This document shows positions 9,275 through 18,416 of a stretch of DNA of 31,971 nt, piece after piece. Both the position numbers and the translations under genes were made by a program. Below the pieces are notes generated by a model. The model was not told the DNA's origin. It did no database searches and saw nothing but the letters and a program-made list of their open reading frames with translations. This DNA comes from Bdellovibrionota bacterium. GTDB lineage: Bacteria; Bdellovibrionota_C; UBA2361; JBIKWN01. The stretch covers positions 1 to 31,971 of the forward strand of contig JBIKWN010000026.1 in NCBI GenBank assembly GCA_044356295.1. The letters run 5' to 3'. The first letter of the stretch is position 1; every line of letters begins with the position of its first letter.

Positions 9275-11374
9275 TTAGAAGTGTATTACCAGCGTTGCCC
9301 CAATAGAGAAAGGATCACCAAGTTGTTTATACAGTTTTGCTGGATAATCAGGAGGTTCTACACCAAAATTAAAACCACGAATGGCATACTGTTTATCGAA
9401 TACATTTCTCGCCCAGAGTGAAAGTGTATACCTATCTTGTTGATATCCGATTTCAGCATTTACAAGAGAATAAGGTGTTGAGCGTTGATTGAAAGAATCA
9501 TCAAAATAAAATGATCCCATTCCTGTCACTTGTACTGCCGAATAAAGTGCATCAGTGAAAAAATATTTAGGCATAAAAGAGTATGACCATGAAGGTGCAT
9601 GTGAACGTGCTCTGTTTTGTAAAAGTCCAGGTGTGTTTGCATCCAATTCAGTTTGCAGTAGTGATGTTTGAGCAGTCACTGAAAGTCGATCTGTGAGGTG
9701 TGAAGAAACTTCCCATTCGACACCTTTTGAAAAACCTTCAGCAGCGTTATCAGTGATGTAGGTAAAAGTCAGCGGATCTTTTGGATCAAGTTGATACGCT
9801 CCTTTGACTTGAGCATTTCGAGATTGCTGTAGAAAAAACGAAAGATTCGAAGTAGTTTTTATCTCTTTAAAATATGACTTTGTTCCAATTTCATAGTTCC
9901 ACAGTGATTCATCATCAAAGGTTCTTTGGGATGGTTGGATGTTTAGCCCAGTATTAACTCCGCCTGCTCGAAATCCTCGAGACACAAGAGCATATCCAGT
10001 GGTTGAATCTGTAATGGCATGATTTAAGGATACTGAACTTCCAATCATTGTGTCTTTAGGATCAGCATCTGTTTGTCTTGAATCAGTGTAACGAGCTTCT
10101 TTTTGCTCTAATCGAATGCCGGTAGAGATTGAAGTATCATTCCAGAGAGGTGTTTCTCTCTCAGCATATATGGCTGCGGTTGTGGCGCGGTAGGAAGAGT
10201 TGAGTTTATCGTATGAAACGTTATCTTGAAGGTTATTATTCGAAGAATCTTCAAAAAATCGATTCAGGTATCCTGCAATAAGATACCTTGAATCTTTACC
10301 AAGTTTATAGTCGGCATTGTTGTCAGTAAATCTAAGATCCTGCCAAAATGCATTACGCTTCCTGGTGCTTTCATAGGAATAATCATAAGGAGCATTCACC
10401 CCCCAGAATGGATTATTGCCCCAGTCACCATCAAAACTGTAATCTGTTTTTGCGCCTGTAAAACTTGTAATAGAAGTTAGCTTCCAATCTTTTGAAAGCA
10501 CTTCTGTATAGCGAGCACTAGTACCAATAATATTTAGTGAGTCGATCCCAGGGCGATCACTTTCTGTTTGAAATGAATTATCAATTGTAAACGCATCATA
10601 TCCGTTGTCGGTATTTATATTTAAAAGGCTGAGCACAATTGAAGAATCATTAGAAAAATCATGTCGAAGTTTAAAGATTCCCTGAGATGTTTCACGACCA
10701 TTTGTATCATCACGATTGAGGAAATCATTCGACCTAAATCCATTCTGGCTTTCACGAAACAAACTCATTCGAGCTTTTGTTTTACCATCTGATGAGGATC
10801 CTAATAATGCGACTCCGGTATTATTTAAATCATCACTTCCAAAACTAAATCGGGCTGCTTGAGAATCATCAAAAGCACCTGAGTTTAAATGAATGATACC
10901 CGCCAGTGCATTTGCACCATACGCAGTTGGTTGTGGTCCTCTAAGGATCTCAAGCGAATGAATATCAAACATTGAAACTCCACCGATCCCGCTCAGATCA
11001 ATATCATCAAGAAAAAATCCTACACTGTAATTGGGAGCTCCTTCATATTGTTCGAGTTCGCCGATACCACGTATTTGGAAAAAGCGTGGGGTATTTGAAC
11101 CACCTGCTGAATTAATATTAGGCGAAAGAGAGAGCGATTGTTGTAGCTGTTGGCTTCCTTGATTTTGCAGAGTACCAGATGGAATGACGCTGATACTTGT
11201 TGAGAAATTTTGAATAGGGCGTCCTATAGGATCCGCATTAATTATAATTTCGTTTGGAGAGCTTAATTCTTTTGTCTCTGCGAACACTTTATTGGGAAGG
11301 TTCGACAGCGAAAATATCGATATAAAAATAAAGATAGAAGAGTGGAAATAAAACAGAGAACGAATAGAAAACAT
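9275..11374 (-). CDS. TonB-dependent outer membrane receptor, probably for thiamine or a precursor
   Basis: Signal peptide, TonB-box-like EIIINA, plug motifs QIRGIG and EILRGPQ...YGANALAG, C-terminal Phe. Preceded by a TPP riboswitch. Confidence 0.9.
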   Translation of the reverse strand: MFSIRSLFYFHSSIFIFISIFSLSNLPNKVFAETKELSSPNEIIINADPIGRPIQNFSTSISVIPSGTLQNQGSQQLQQSLSLSPNINSAGGSNTPRFFQIRGIGELEQYEGAPNYSVGFFLDDIDLSGIGGVSMFDIHSLEILRGPQPTAYGANALAGIIHLNSGAFDDSQAARFSFGSDDLNNTGVALLGSSSDGKTKARMSLFRESQNGFRSNDFLNRDDTNGRETSQGIFKLRHDFSNDSSIVLSLLNINTDNGYDAFTIDNSFQTESDRPGIDSLNIIGTSARYTEVLSKDWKLTSITSFTGAKTDYSFDGDWGNNPFWGVNAPYDYSYESTRKRNAFWQDLRFTDNNADYKLGKDSRYLIAGYLNRFFEDSSNNNLQDNVSYDKLNSSYRATTAAIYAERETPLWNDTSISTGIRLEQKEARYTDSRQTDADPKDTMIGSSVSLNHAITDSTTGYALVSRGFRAGGVNTGLNIQPSQRTFDDESLWNYEIGTKSYFKEIKTTSNLSFFLQQSRNAQVKGAYQLDPKDPLTFTYITDNAAEGFSKGVEWEVSSHLTDRLSVTAQTSLLQTELDANTPGLLQNRARSHAPSWSYSFMPKYFFTDALYSAVQVTGMGSFYFDDSFNQRSTPYSLVNAEIGYQQDRYTLSLWARNVFDKQYAIRGFNFGVEPPDYPAKLYKQLGDPFSIGATLVIHF

Positions 11375-11376
11375 AA

Positions 11377-11463
11377 TAACTTCCTCGCGCCGGTATTAAC
11401 CGGATCAGGTTCGATGGGTATTTCTCAGGCGTCAAAAAGAAAATCTAGACACCACCCCAGTTA
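11377..11463 (-). ncRNA. TPP riboswitch (THI-box)
   Basis: Minus strand reads TAACT-GGGGT-GGTGTC...GACGCC-TGAGA-aat-ACCC-atcgaa-CCTGAT-CCGGT-TAAT-ACCGG-CGcgAGGA-AGTTA, giving P1-P5 and the conserved TGAGA and CTGAT/TAAT motifs. Confidence 0.95.
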
Positions 11464-11529
11464 GCGTACTTAGGTGTATCTAATTTTATTAATTAAATCA
11501 ACTAGCTCTTTATTAATATGAACAATGTC

Positions 11530-12333
11530 TTATTGACGAACCGTTCTCATCCAGTGCAGGAGATGTCCATTTTTAAGCCCACGGATAGGGGTGATATCAA
11601 TTCCACCACGACGTGTAAAACAGCACATAACAGAAAGTTCTTCTGGTTGACATTGCTGGTTGATATCAAAAAATATTCTTTCGCAGCAAGCTTCATGGAA
11701 TCCTTGGTGTCTTCGAAATGACGCGATATATGCATGAAGTGCATCAGGAAAAATCTCTTTCCCTCTATACATGACAAAAACAGTTGCCCAATCAGGTTGA
11801 GCAGTTACGGGACAAAGGCTTCTTAAATTATGAGAAAATAGAATCTCGTCACGATCCATATTGCCGGTCTTTAGAAGGGAAGGAGATATTATATTAAATT
11901 CAGGATTACGAAGGGTGTGAGTATCAATGCAGTATCCTTTTGGATGGGTTTGAGGAACAAGGTTAGGCGCATCCTGTGAAAATAAGGTTACTATTGGCAA
12001 AATTCCAAGCCCTGCTTTGAGATCTTTTTGTATGGTTTCAACTGCAACAGCGGATGAAGCAAGTCGTTCAAAAGCAAATGAGTTCAGATAAAGTTTGAAC
12101 GATTTTGACTCAACGATATGTGTGGACGAAGCAGGAATGTCTAATCTTACAATCCCTGTTTCGGGAGACCCTCGCTCATCAAGCCAAGAAAACTCGTAAG
12201 CATGCCATACATCTGAACCTTCAAAGTGAGTGCTTGGGTATTGAGTTCTGCTGATGCTACGGGGAATAAAATCGAGCACTTCAGGTGTATATGTTTCTGG
12301 AATAGATGAGGTATTACCCAATTTTGTTTTCAT
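11530..12333 (-). CDS. queF: NADPH-dependent 7-cyano-7-deazaguanine reductase QueF (bimodular type II)
   Basis: QueF motif VESKSFKLYLNSF, catalytic CPVTAQPD, FHEACCERIF and TRRGGIDI. Confidence 0.95.
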   Translation of the reverse strand: MKTKLGNTSSIPETYTPEVLDFIPRSISRTQYPSTHFEGSDVWHAYEFSWLDERGSPETGIVRLDIPASSTHIVESKSFKLYLNSFAFERLASSAVAVETIQKDLKAGLGILPIVTLFSQDAPNLVPQTHPKGYCIDTHTLRNPEFNIISPSLLKTGNMDRDEILFSHNLRSLCPVTAQPDWATVFVMYRGKEIFPDALHAYIASFRRHQGFHEACCERIFFDINQQCQPEELSVMCCFTRRGGIDITPIRGLKNGHLLHWMRTVRQ

Positions 12334-12570
12334 ATTCTTTGCCAGTATAGAGGATTCTCTACTAATCCTAAAATAGAGAATAATATACTACACAATGTAT
12401 GCACGTGGTGCAGTGTCTGTGAGCCTCAATAATTGAGTAATACCAGAAAAATTCTTAGAAAAAACCCAGTGAATTCGTAGGCTATTTTTTACTTAGATAC
12501 CACACTTTTCCCCAGTCTTTGTCGATAACATATATAGAGTTTGTTGCTAAACGTGAATCGACGAGTCGTG

Positions 12571-12768
12571 ATGGAAAAAAAAATCAGATTAAATAAGCAA
12601 AAAGGAGCATCACTTGTAGAGTATGCGCTCACTGTAGCTCTTATTTGTGTAGTCTCAATCATATCCATTAATTCTGTAGGTGAATTAGTTACAGAAAGAT
12701 TTGAGTACGTTAATAATGAATTTAATGCAGGCAACTTGCCTCCTGCTCTTATTGACCCTGGTCCCTAA
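12571..12768 (+). CDS. flp: Flp family type IVb pilin
   Basis: Short basic leader, G|ASLVEYAL prepilin cleavage with Glu5-Tyr6, hydrophobic helix. ATG at 12571 preferred over TTG at 12541. Confidence 0.85.
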   Translation: MEKKIRLNKQKGASLVEYALTVALICVVSIISINSVGELVTERFEYVNNEFNAGNLPPALIDPGP

Positions 12769-12778
12769 AATTACTGAT

Positions 12779-15280
12779 TCAGAAAATCGAATCCCAAAAT
12801 CCATGATCTGTTGATCGATTTCGCTGCTGTTCTTCATATTCTTCTGCAATACTTCTTGATCGACTAGGTCGTAATTCTTGATCTGAACTTTCAGTATTTT
12901 CAAAACCACTATAGCTATCATCATCAACAGGAGGAGGAAGGTTAAGCTCCTCACCACTACTACATGTAGTTTCAGGTTCAGTACCTTTCAGGAACACTTC
13001 AGGTTTTTCATTTCCTGAAGCAGGGCACGCGGGATCAATAACTCGGTACGTTGCTGTATCAATCGTACGAGTAACAACGGAAGGAGGGGCTAAGAACTGG
13101 TTATCTTCTAGATATGGTTGAATGCATTTCATAAAAGAAGTCCATATTGGAACTGCTGCAACGCCACCAGTAAGACCGATCTTTTTATTATCATCAAAAC
13201 CAACCCACACACCTGTTGCAAGATTTGGAGTAAACCCAATAAACCAAGCGTCCCGTGCGTCATTCGTAGTTCCTGTCTTACCTGCAGCTGTGCCAGAAAA
13301 CCCACCTGAACGTATACCTCGTGCAGTACCACGCTCTACAACACCTTGCATGATATTAGTAAGAATATAGACAGCACCTTCGTCAGCGACAGTTTCTTCT
13401 TCAATTGGTACTGACATTGAAAGCTGCCCATCTCGGCTGATGACACTCGAGAATAATCGTGGATGGACATACTTACCACCATTGGCAAGTGCGCTGTATG
13501 CTGAGGTAATACGAAGGAGGGTGGTATCAAGTGCACCAAGTGCTAGCGAAGGCACGGGATCAATACTATTAGAAACATGAAATCGTTTTAATACATCAAC
13601 AATATTTGGAATTCCAACTCTTTGAGATAAATATACTGCAGGAACATTTAAAGAGTTCTCGAGTGCATAACGAACAGTAACATCGCCTCTAAATTTTTTA
13701 TCGTAATTTTGGGGTTCCCATGCGCCACCAGGAACTTTGATAGATATTGGTTCATCTCCAAGAATACTAATCGGCGTAGCAACTTTATAACTATTAAATT
13801 CAGGCGAAAGTGCCGTCAAATACACAAATGGCTTTATGGTTGAACCAATCTGTCTCTCAGCTTGGCTTACATGATTAAATTGGTTTTTTGAGAAATCCCT
13901 TCCTCCTACCCACGCTTTTACGAGACCACTAAAAGGTTCAATAGAAACTAAACTTGCTTCCAGAGGTACATCTTTTCTTTTAAGAGAGGGATGATTTTTT
14001 TCAAGAGCAGCAACTCCTTCACTAATGGCAGTTTCTGCACATTGTTGATATTCACGATCGATTCCAGTAAATACAGAAATTCCTGAGGCAATAGCACCCT
14101 CCATATCAATAGCTTTAGATAACTCTGATTCGAGTTGTGACATAAAGTGGGGGGCGATTTGACGATGTTGATTCACTGTTGAGACAACAATTTTTTGAGC
14201 TTTTGCTTCTTTTGCTGCATCAGCAGTAATAAATGAAGCGTCCATCATTTCTTGAATGACTACATCGCGACGTTCAAGTGCTTTTTTTAAATTTTTTCGA
14301 AGTGCGTACGTTGAAGGAGCTTTCACCATTCCAGCTAACGTTGCGGCTTCTGATATGGTTATATCTTCGATTTTCTTATTAAGAAATGAAGAAGCCGCTT
14401 CACTAACTCCGTGGACTGATACAGAACCATCACGACCAAAGTATACTTCATTGAGGTAGAGCTCTAAAATTTTATCTTTTGAAAGATGTCGTTCAAGAGA
14501 AACAGCAGCAAATGCTTCTTTGATTTTTCTAGTCAGACTTTTTTGAGAGGTAAAAAATAAATTTTTAGCGAGTTGTTGAGTTATCGTACTACCGCCTTGG
14601 ACAAACCTACGTGCAGCGATATTCTTCATCATTGCTCTGAAAATTCCGAATGGATCGATACCAAAATGTGAATAAAACCGCTGGTCTTCAATTGCAAGAA
14701 ATGCTTTAGGAAGGAACGGGGGAAGCTCTGTTAGTTTTTTATAACGACTAGCACGGACCTCTTCACCTCCAAGGCTAGCAATGGGGATTGGCTCAAGAAC
14801 AAGCTCCTTTTTTAGAAGATCGAGCTTATTTATAATTGAACCAGATTGAAAATTATACCAAATGAGAGCTGGATCTCTGGTCTGTCCATTAGGTTGAGTA
14901 AAAGAGCGAGTAAAAATTTTTAAAACAGAACCATCAAATTTGTATTCACCGATCTCTTTTGGGTCTTCAAGGGACACCCCATATTGCCGTTTCGTCAATT
15001 GTCTACGAAGCGCATCTTCTGAGGACTTTTGTCCCTGAAAAATCATAAAAGGTTCTGAATAAATTGCAGATACTTTTGAAGAGCCAAGCGTTGAAAGATT
15101 TTCAACGACAAGCTCATCGGTAGCTTTATAAAGATACACAAGACTTGCTGTTCCAAAGACAGCAGTAAAAGTGGTGAGTAAGATGAGAATAACTTTAAAG
15201 TTACTACGAACAGGTACAGCCTTTTTTTTTGACGGGGCTCGGGGGACTTTAATTGATCGGCGTTTGGTTGGTTTGTTCAA
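12779..15280 (-). CDS. mrcB: Class A penicillin-binding protein (PBP1B-like, with UB2H region)
   Basis: N-terminal TM, transglycosylase motifs EDQRFYSH and GGSTITQQ, transpeptidase motifs STIK, SLN and KTG. Confidence 0.9.
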   Translation of the reverse strand: MNKPTKRRSIKVPRAPSKKKAVPVRSNFKVILILLTTFTAVFGTASLVYLYKATDELVVENLSTLGSSKVSAIYSEPFMIFQGQKSSEDALRRQLTKRQYGVSLEDPKEIGEYKFDGSVLKIFTRSFTQPNGQTRDPALIWYNFQSGSIINKLDLLKKELVLEPIPIASLGGEEVRASRYKKLTELPPFLPKAFLAIEDQRFYSHFGIDPFGIFRAMMKNIAARRFVQGGSTITQQLAKNLFFTSQKSLTRKIKEAFAAVSLERHLSKDKILELYLNEVYFGRDGSVSVHGVSEAASSFLNKKIEDITISEAATLAGMVKAPSTYALRKNLKKALERRDVVIQEMMDASFITADAAKEAKAQKIVVSTVNQHRQIAPHFMSQLESELSKAIDMEGAIASGISVFTGIDREYQQCAETAISEGVAALEKNHPSLKRKDVPLEASLVSIEPFSGLVKAWVGGRDFSKNQFNHVSQAERQIGSTIKPFVYLTALSPEFNSYKVATPISILGDEPISIKVPGGAWEPQNYDKKFRGDVTVRYALENSLNVPAVYLSQRVGIPNIVDVLKRFHVSNSIDPVPSLALGALDTTLLRITSAYSALANGGKYVHPRLFSSVISRDGQLSMSVPIEEETVADEGAVYILTNIMQGVVERGTARGIRSGGFSGTAAGKTGTTNDARDAWFIGFTPNLATGVWVGFDDNKKIGLTGGVAAVPIWTSFMKCIQPYLEDNQFLAPPSVVTRTIDTATYRVIDPACPASGNEKPEVFLKGTEPETTCSSGEELNLPPPVDDDSYSGFENTESSDQELRPSRSRSIAEEYEEQQRNRSTDHGFWDSIF

Positions 15281-15340
15281 AGTAATTGGGGATTATAGTA
15301 TATTTGAAATATCGCCGCCATTTACCCTGAAAATGGTAGT

Positions 15341-15628
15341 TTGTCTCTTGGTGACCATCTAAAGAAGTACTCAAGAAGGATTCCCACAGATCACAAAAGA
15401 GGTAACAGTAGCGTTTTGCCCCGACCCGTTATCAATGTTTCTGAAGTTACACCTCCAGAGTTGAGGGCTATCATCGAAAGGAAACGTGCTTTTAATCGCA
15501 ACATATTGAGAAGAAGTGCATCCGCCACCGAGAGATACTTTGCCGGCAGGGCATGCTTGATCAATCGTTACGGCAGAACCAGCAGGAAAAAAAAGGAACT
15601 GTCCATCATCATAGTGAACAGTTCTTGA
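15341..15628 (+). CDS. Possible small basic hypothetical protein (uncertain)
   Basis: 95-codon frame with a TTG start in an otherwise empty 560-bp gap. No motif or clear SD. Confidence 0.3.
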   Translation: MSLGDHLKKYSRRIPTDHKRGNSSVLPRPVINVSEVTPPELRAIIERKRAFNRNILRRSASATERYFAGRACLINRYGRTSRKKKELSIIIVNSS

Positions 15629-15810
15629 AAGTGCTGGAGCAGTAAGCCCTGAAAAAAAGCTAAGGAATACGAAAAATCCTTAGTATTCCTCTAGTTTGCT
15701 AAATTCTCTTTATAAATTTAGCTTCAGAATCTTTAATTGCCAAACTAATTCGACGACTTTATGTACGTGATTTTACTAACTTACCCCTGGTTGGTGAGTA
15801 GTAGCTTTAC

Positions 15811-15825
15811 GCACAAGGATTGTGT
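15811..15825 (+). promoter_or_regulatory. Putative CsrA/RsmA binding hairpin in the flagellin leader
   Basis: GCACAAGGATTGTGT forms a CACA/TGTG stem with an AGGAT loop. A second GGA overlaps the start codon (TTGGATG). Confidence 0.65.
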
Positions 15826-15842
15826 TTTAGAAAGCTTATTGG

Positions 15843-17699
15843 ATGAGTGGTTTTTTTTCGTTAAAGTCTAACGTCGCTTCACTTAGAGCGCAGCGACAGG
15901 TTGCAAACGCAACTGATAAGCTTTCATCAAGTTATGAAAAGCTTTCTTCTGGATTGCGAATTAACAAAGCAAGCGATGATGCTGCAGGGCTTGCAGTATC
16001 ATCAAAACTCAAAGCAGATACACGAATATTCACACAAGCAGTAAGAAATATTAATGACGGCGCAAGTACCCTTGCAATCGCCAGTGGCGCTGTAGAAAGT
16101 TTATCCAATATCGTAACAAGGCTCCAAGAACTTGCTGAACAATCAGCAAACGGAAGCTACAGTGTCAAGCAGCGCGCTTCTATGGATGCAGAAGCACAAG
16201 CTCTTTCGAAAGAATACTTTCGAGTATCTAGAGCCACTACATTCAACGGAATAAATCTTTTTGATGGAAGCACTCAAGGCGTTTCAATTCAAGCCGGTTA
16301 TGGTACTGGTGGTTCGATATCTTCTTCGCTTGGAGGGATGCTTGGTACTGGGAGTTTTAAGGAGAGAACAACTTTTTCGATGGATGCTGTTGCTTTTTCA
16401 GTGGTCCTTGGAGATGTAAACGGTGACGGCATTCTTGATATGGTGTCAACAGATTTAAATACCAACAGCGCCATAGTTTTTCTTGGAAATGGAGATGGTA
16501 GTTTTAAAGCAAAAATGTCTTTTGCTTTAGGTACGACCGATACATCAGCTATACTTGGCGATCTTAACGGGGATGGTATCCTTGATATTGTGACATCAGG
16601 AGGTAGTAATAATTTCTCGATACTCCTTGGAAATGGAGATGGTAGTTTTAATGCTATGAAATCTTTTGCTTTAGGAAGTGTTGTTAACTCTCTTATCCTA
16701 GGAGATGTCAATGGAGATGGAATTCTTGATGTGCTCACAACGGATTCTATCGATAATACTTTCTCAGTTATGCTTGGAAATGGTAATGGAAGCTTTAAAG
16801 CAAGAACATCAACTCAACTTGGCAATCAGCCTTTATCTATTGCCGCTGGCGATTTAAACGGTGACGGTATTCTTGATATCGTGACAACAGATACATCAGA
16901 TCATAACGCATCAGTACTTCTTGGAAATGGAGATGGTAGTTTTAAAGCTAGAACTTCTATGTCCACAGGGTTCACTCCGGGTTCTGTTGCTCTTGGCGAT
17001 CTGAATGGGGATGGGATACTTGATATTGTAACAGCAGATAGTGATGAATATGCCACTTCAGTTTTTCTTGGTAACGGTAATGGAAGTTTTAAGGCAAGAA
17101 GCTCTTTTAGTACTGGTCCAACGCCTCTTTCTGTGAAACTTGGAGATCTAAATGGTGACGGTGCTCTTGATATTGTAACGGTAAATCAACTTGACAATTC
17201 TACCTCAATTCTTCTTGGAAATGGCAATGGAAGCTTTAAGGCAATGGCTACCTTTCAAATAGGTAGTATCGCTTACGGCTCTGCTCTAGGCGATCTAAAT
17301 GGTGACGGTGTTCTTGATATCGTAATATCTGATAGCGACGATAATACTGCATCTGTATTGCTTGGAACTACCAAAGACGGCATCTCACCAATTCTTCCTT
17401 TTTCACTAAAATCTATCGCAGATGCAAGACAAGCAATGTCAATTTTTTCTAACACTGCAAATAACCTTGGAATTCAAAAAGGAAAACTTGGCGCATTTGA
17501 AAGTAGGCTCTCAGTCGCTGTAAAGGTCGTACAATCAACTGTTTTGGAATACCAGGGAGCATATAGTCGTATCGCTGATGTTGACGTCGCAGAGGAAAGT
17601 TCACGCATAGTCAGCACAAAAATTCTTCAGCAATCAGCTGTTGCTGTTCTTGCTCAGGCTAATCAAAGTCCTGCATTGGTGCTTCAACTACTTGGATGA
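15843..17699 (+). CDS. fliC: Flagellin with an inserted seven-repeat FG-GAP/VCBS beta-propeller domain
   Basis: Flagellin N-domain (EKLSSGLRINKASDDAAGLAV, RLQELAEQSANG, TTFNG) and C-domain (SRIADVDVAEE...LAQANQSPALVLQLLG) flanking seven GD[LV]NGDG.LD repeats. Confidence 0.93.
   Translation: MSGFFSLKSNVASLRAQRQVANATDKLSSSYEKLSSGLRINKASDDAAGLAVSSKLKADTRIFTQAVRNINDGASTLAIASGAVESLSNIVTRLQELAEQSANGSYSVKQRASMDAEAQALSKEYFRVSRATTFNGINLFDGSTQGVSIQAGYGTGGSISSSLGGMLGTGSFKERTTFSMDAVAFSVVLGDVNGDGILDMVSTDLNTNSAIVFLGNGDGSFKAKMSFALGTTDTSAILGDLNGDGILDIVTSGGSNNFSILLGNGDGSFNAMKSFALGSVVNSLILGDVNGDGILDVLTTDSIDNTFSVMLGNGNGSFKARTSTQLGNQPLSIAAGDLNGDGILDIVTTDTSDHNASVLLGNGDGSFKARTSMSTGFTPGSVALGDLNGDGILDIVTADSDEYATSVFLGNGNGSFKARSSFSTGPTPLSVKLGDLNGDGALDIVTVNQLDNSTSILLGNGNGSFKAMATFQIGSIAYGSALGDLNGDGVLDIVISDSDDNTASVLLGTTKDGISPILPFSLKSIADARQAMSIFSNTANNLGIQKGKLGAFESRLSVAVKVVQSTVLEYQGAYSRIADVDVAEESSRIVSTKILQQSAVAVLAQANQSPALVLQLLG
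16341..17366 (+). repeat. Seven coding tandem repeats (~147 bp, 49 aa) of FG-GAP type inside the flagellin
   Basis: Asp codons of DxNGDG at 16413, 16560, 16704, 16851, 16998, 17145 and 17292 (spacings 147, 144, 147, 147, 147, 147). Confidence 0.95.
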
Positions 17700-17720
17700 G
17701 ATGCAAATAAGGGTATCCAG

Positions 17721-17799
17721 GGGGACGCTCACCTTTATAACCAATTGATTTTTATCGAACTTTTCATCATTTCAACAACTCATACAGGTGAGCGTCCCC
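17721..17799. repeat. REPIN/MITE-like inverted-repeat element, copy 1
   Basis: GGGGACGCTCACCTTTAT (17721-17738) pairs with ATACAGGTGAGCGTCCCC (17782-17799) at 17/18 positions, with an AT-rich spacer. Lies between convergent genes. Confidence 0.85.
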
Positions 17800-17805
17800 A
17801 AAATG

Positions 17806-18327
17806 CTAATTCGAATTTAGTGCACATACCGCATGTGCTGTAATAGTTGCGTTAACAGACGTACCAGAAATATTGCGGAATCCACAGAAATAGGAGTAAA
17901 AGCTTGCAGTTTCATCCGGATATCCATAGTAAACTACAAGACGAGAATCTGAGCTTTCACATCCACCGCCGGTTGGTTTTTTGATACCAGAGCAAGTGAC
18001 AAAGACCCCAGTAGTTGCTCCACTTGCAACAGTTACAGTATCTGAACTTTCTTCAAGAACTCTTCCAGAAATACCATTTGAGCCCGCCTGACCTTGAGCT
18101 CCAGTATCACCTTTAGGCCCAGTTGCGCTCGAAGGACCGGTTTCTCCTTTTAATCCGAGCTTGGAAAGCACAGATACACTTGCTTTTTTAAAAGGAGAGA
18201 CGCATTTTGAGGCAATCCTAAAATTTCCTTTCGAATTAACGCAGAGCACTTCCGAGAATGAATCAGATGTAAGATGAAAGAAGAAAAAAGTTGCGAGTAA
18301 ATAAGTTATCGATATTTTCATATTCAT
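17806..18327 (-). CDS. Small secreted protein with a short collagen-like G-X-Y segment and a Cys-containing C-terminal domain
   Basis: Signal peptide, then GLK GET GPS [SAT] GPK GDT GAQ GQA GSN GIS GRV, and CSGIKKPTGGGC...AVCA. Confidence 0.8.
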   Translation of the reverse strand: MNMKISITYLLATFFFFHLTSDSFSEVLCVNSKGNFRIASKCVSPFKKASVSVLSKLGLKGETGPSSATGPKGDTGAQGQAGSNGISGRVLEESSDTVTVASGATTGVFVTCSGIKKPTGGGCESSDSRLVVYYGYPDETASFYSYFCGFRNISGTSVNATITAHAVCALNSN

Positions 18328-18416
18328 ATCTACAAACAGTAATTTAATAAACGAAAAATGTCACTCTCAAAATAAACCCATTTTTTGATTTTCTTCTTTT
18401 AAGTTATAACCACATC

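Noticed and set aside
15629..15810. c-di-GMP or other riboswitch upstream of the flagellin
   Set aside because: Only short hairpins (15660-15690, 15698-15722) are present, with no recognisable aptamer consensus.
16341..17366. CRISPR-like or non-coding repeat array
   Set aside because: The repeats are in-frame, diverge at synonymous positions and encode FG-GAP blades. There are no identical repeats with unique spacers and no cas genes.
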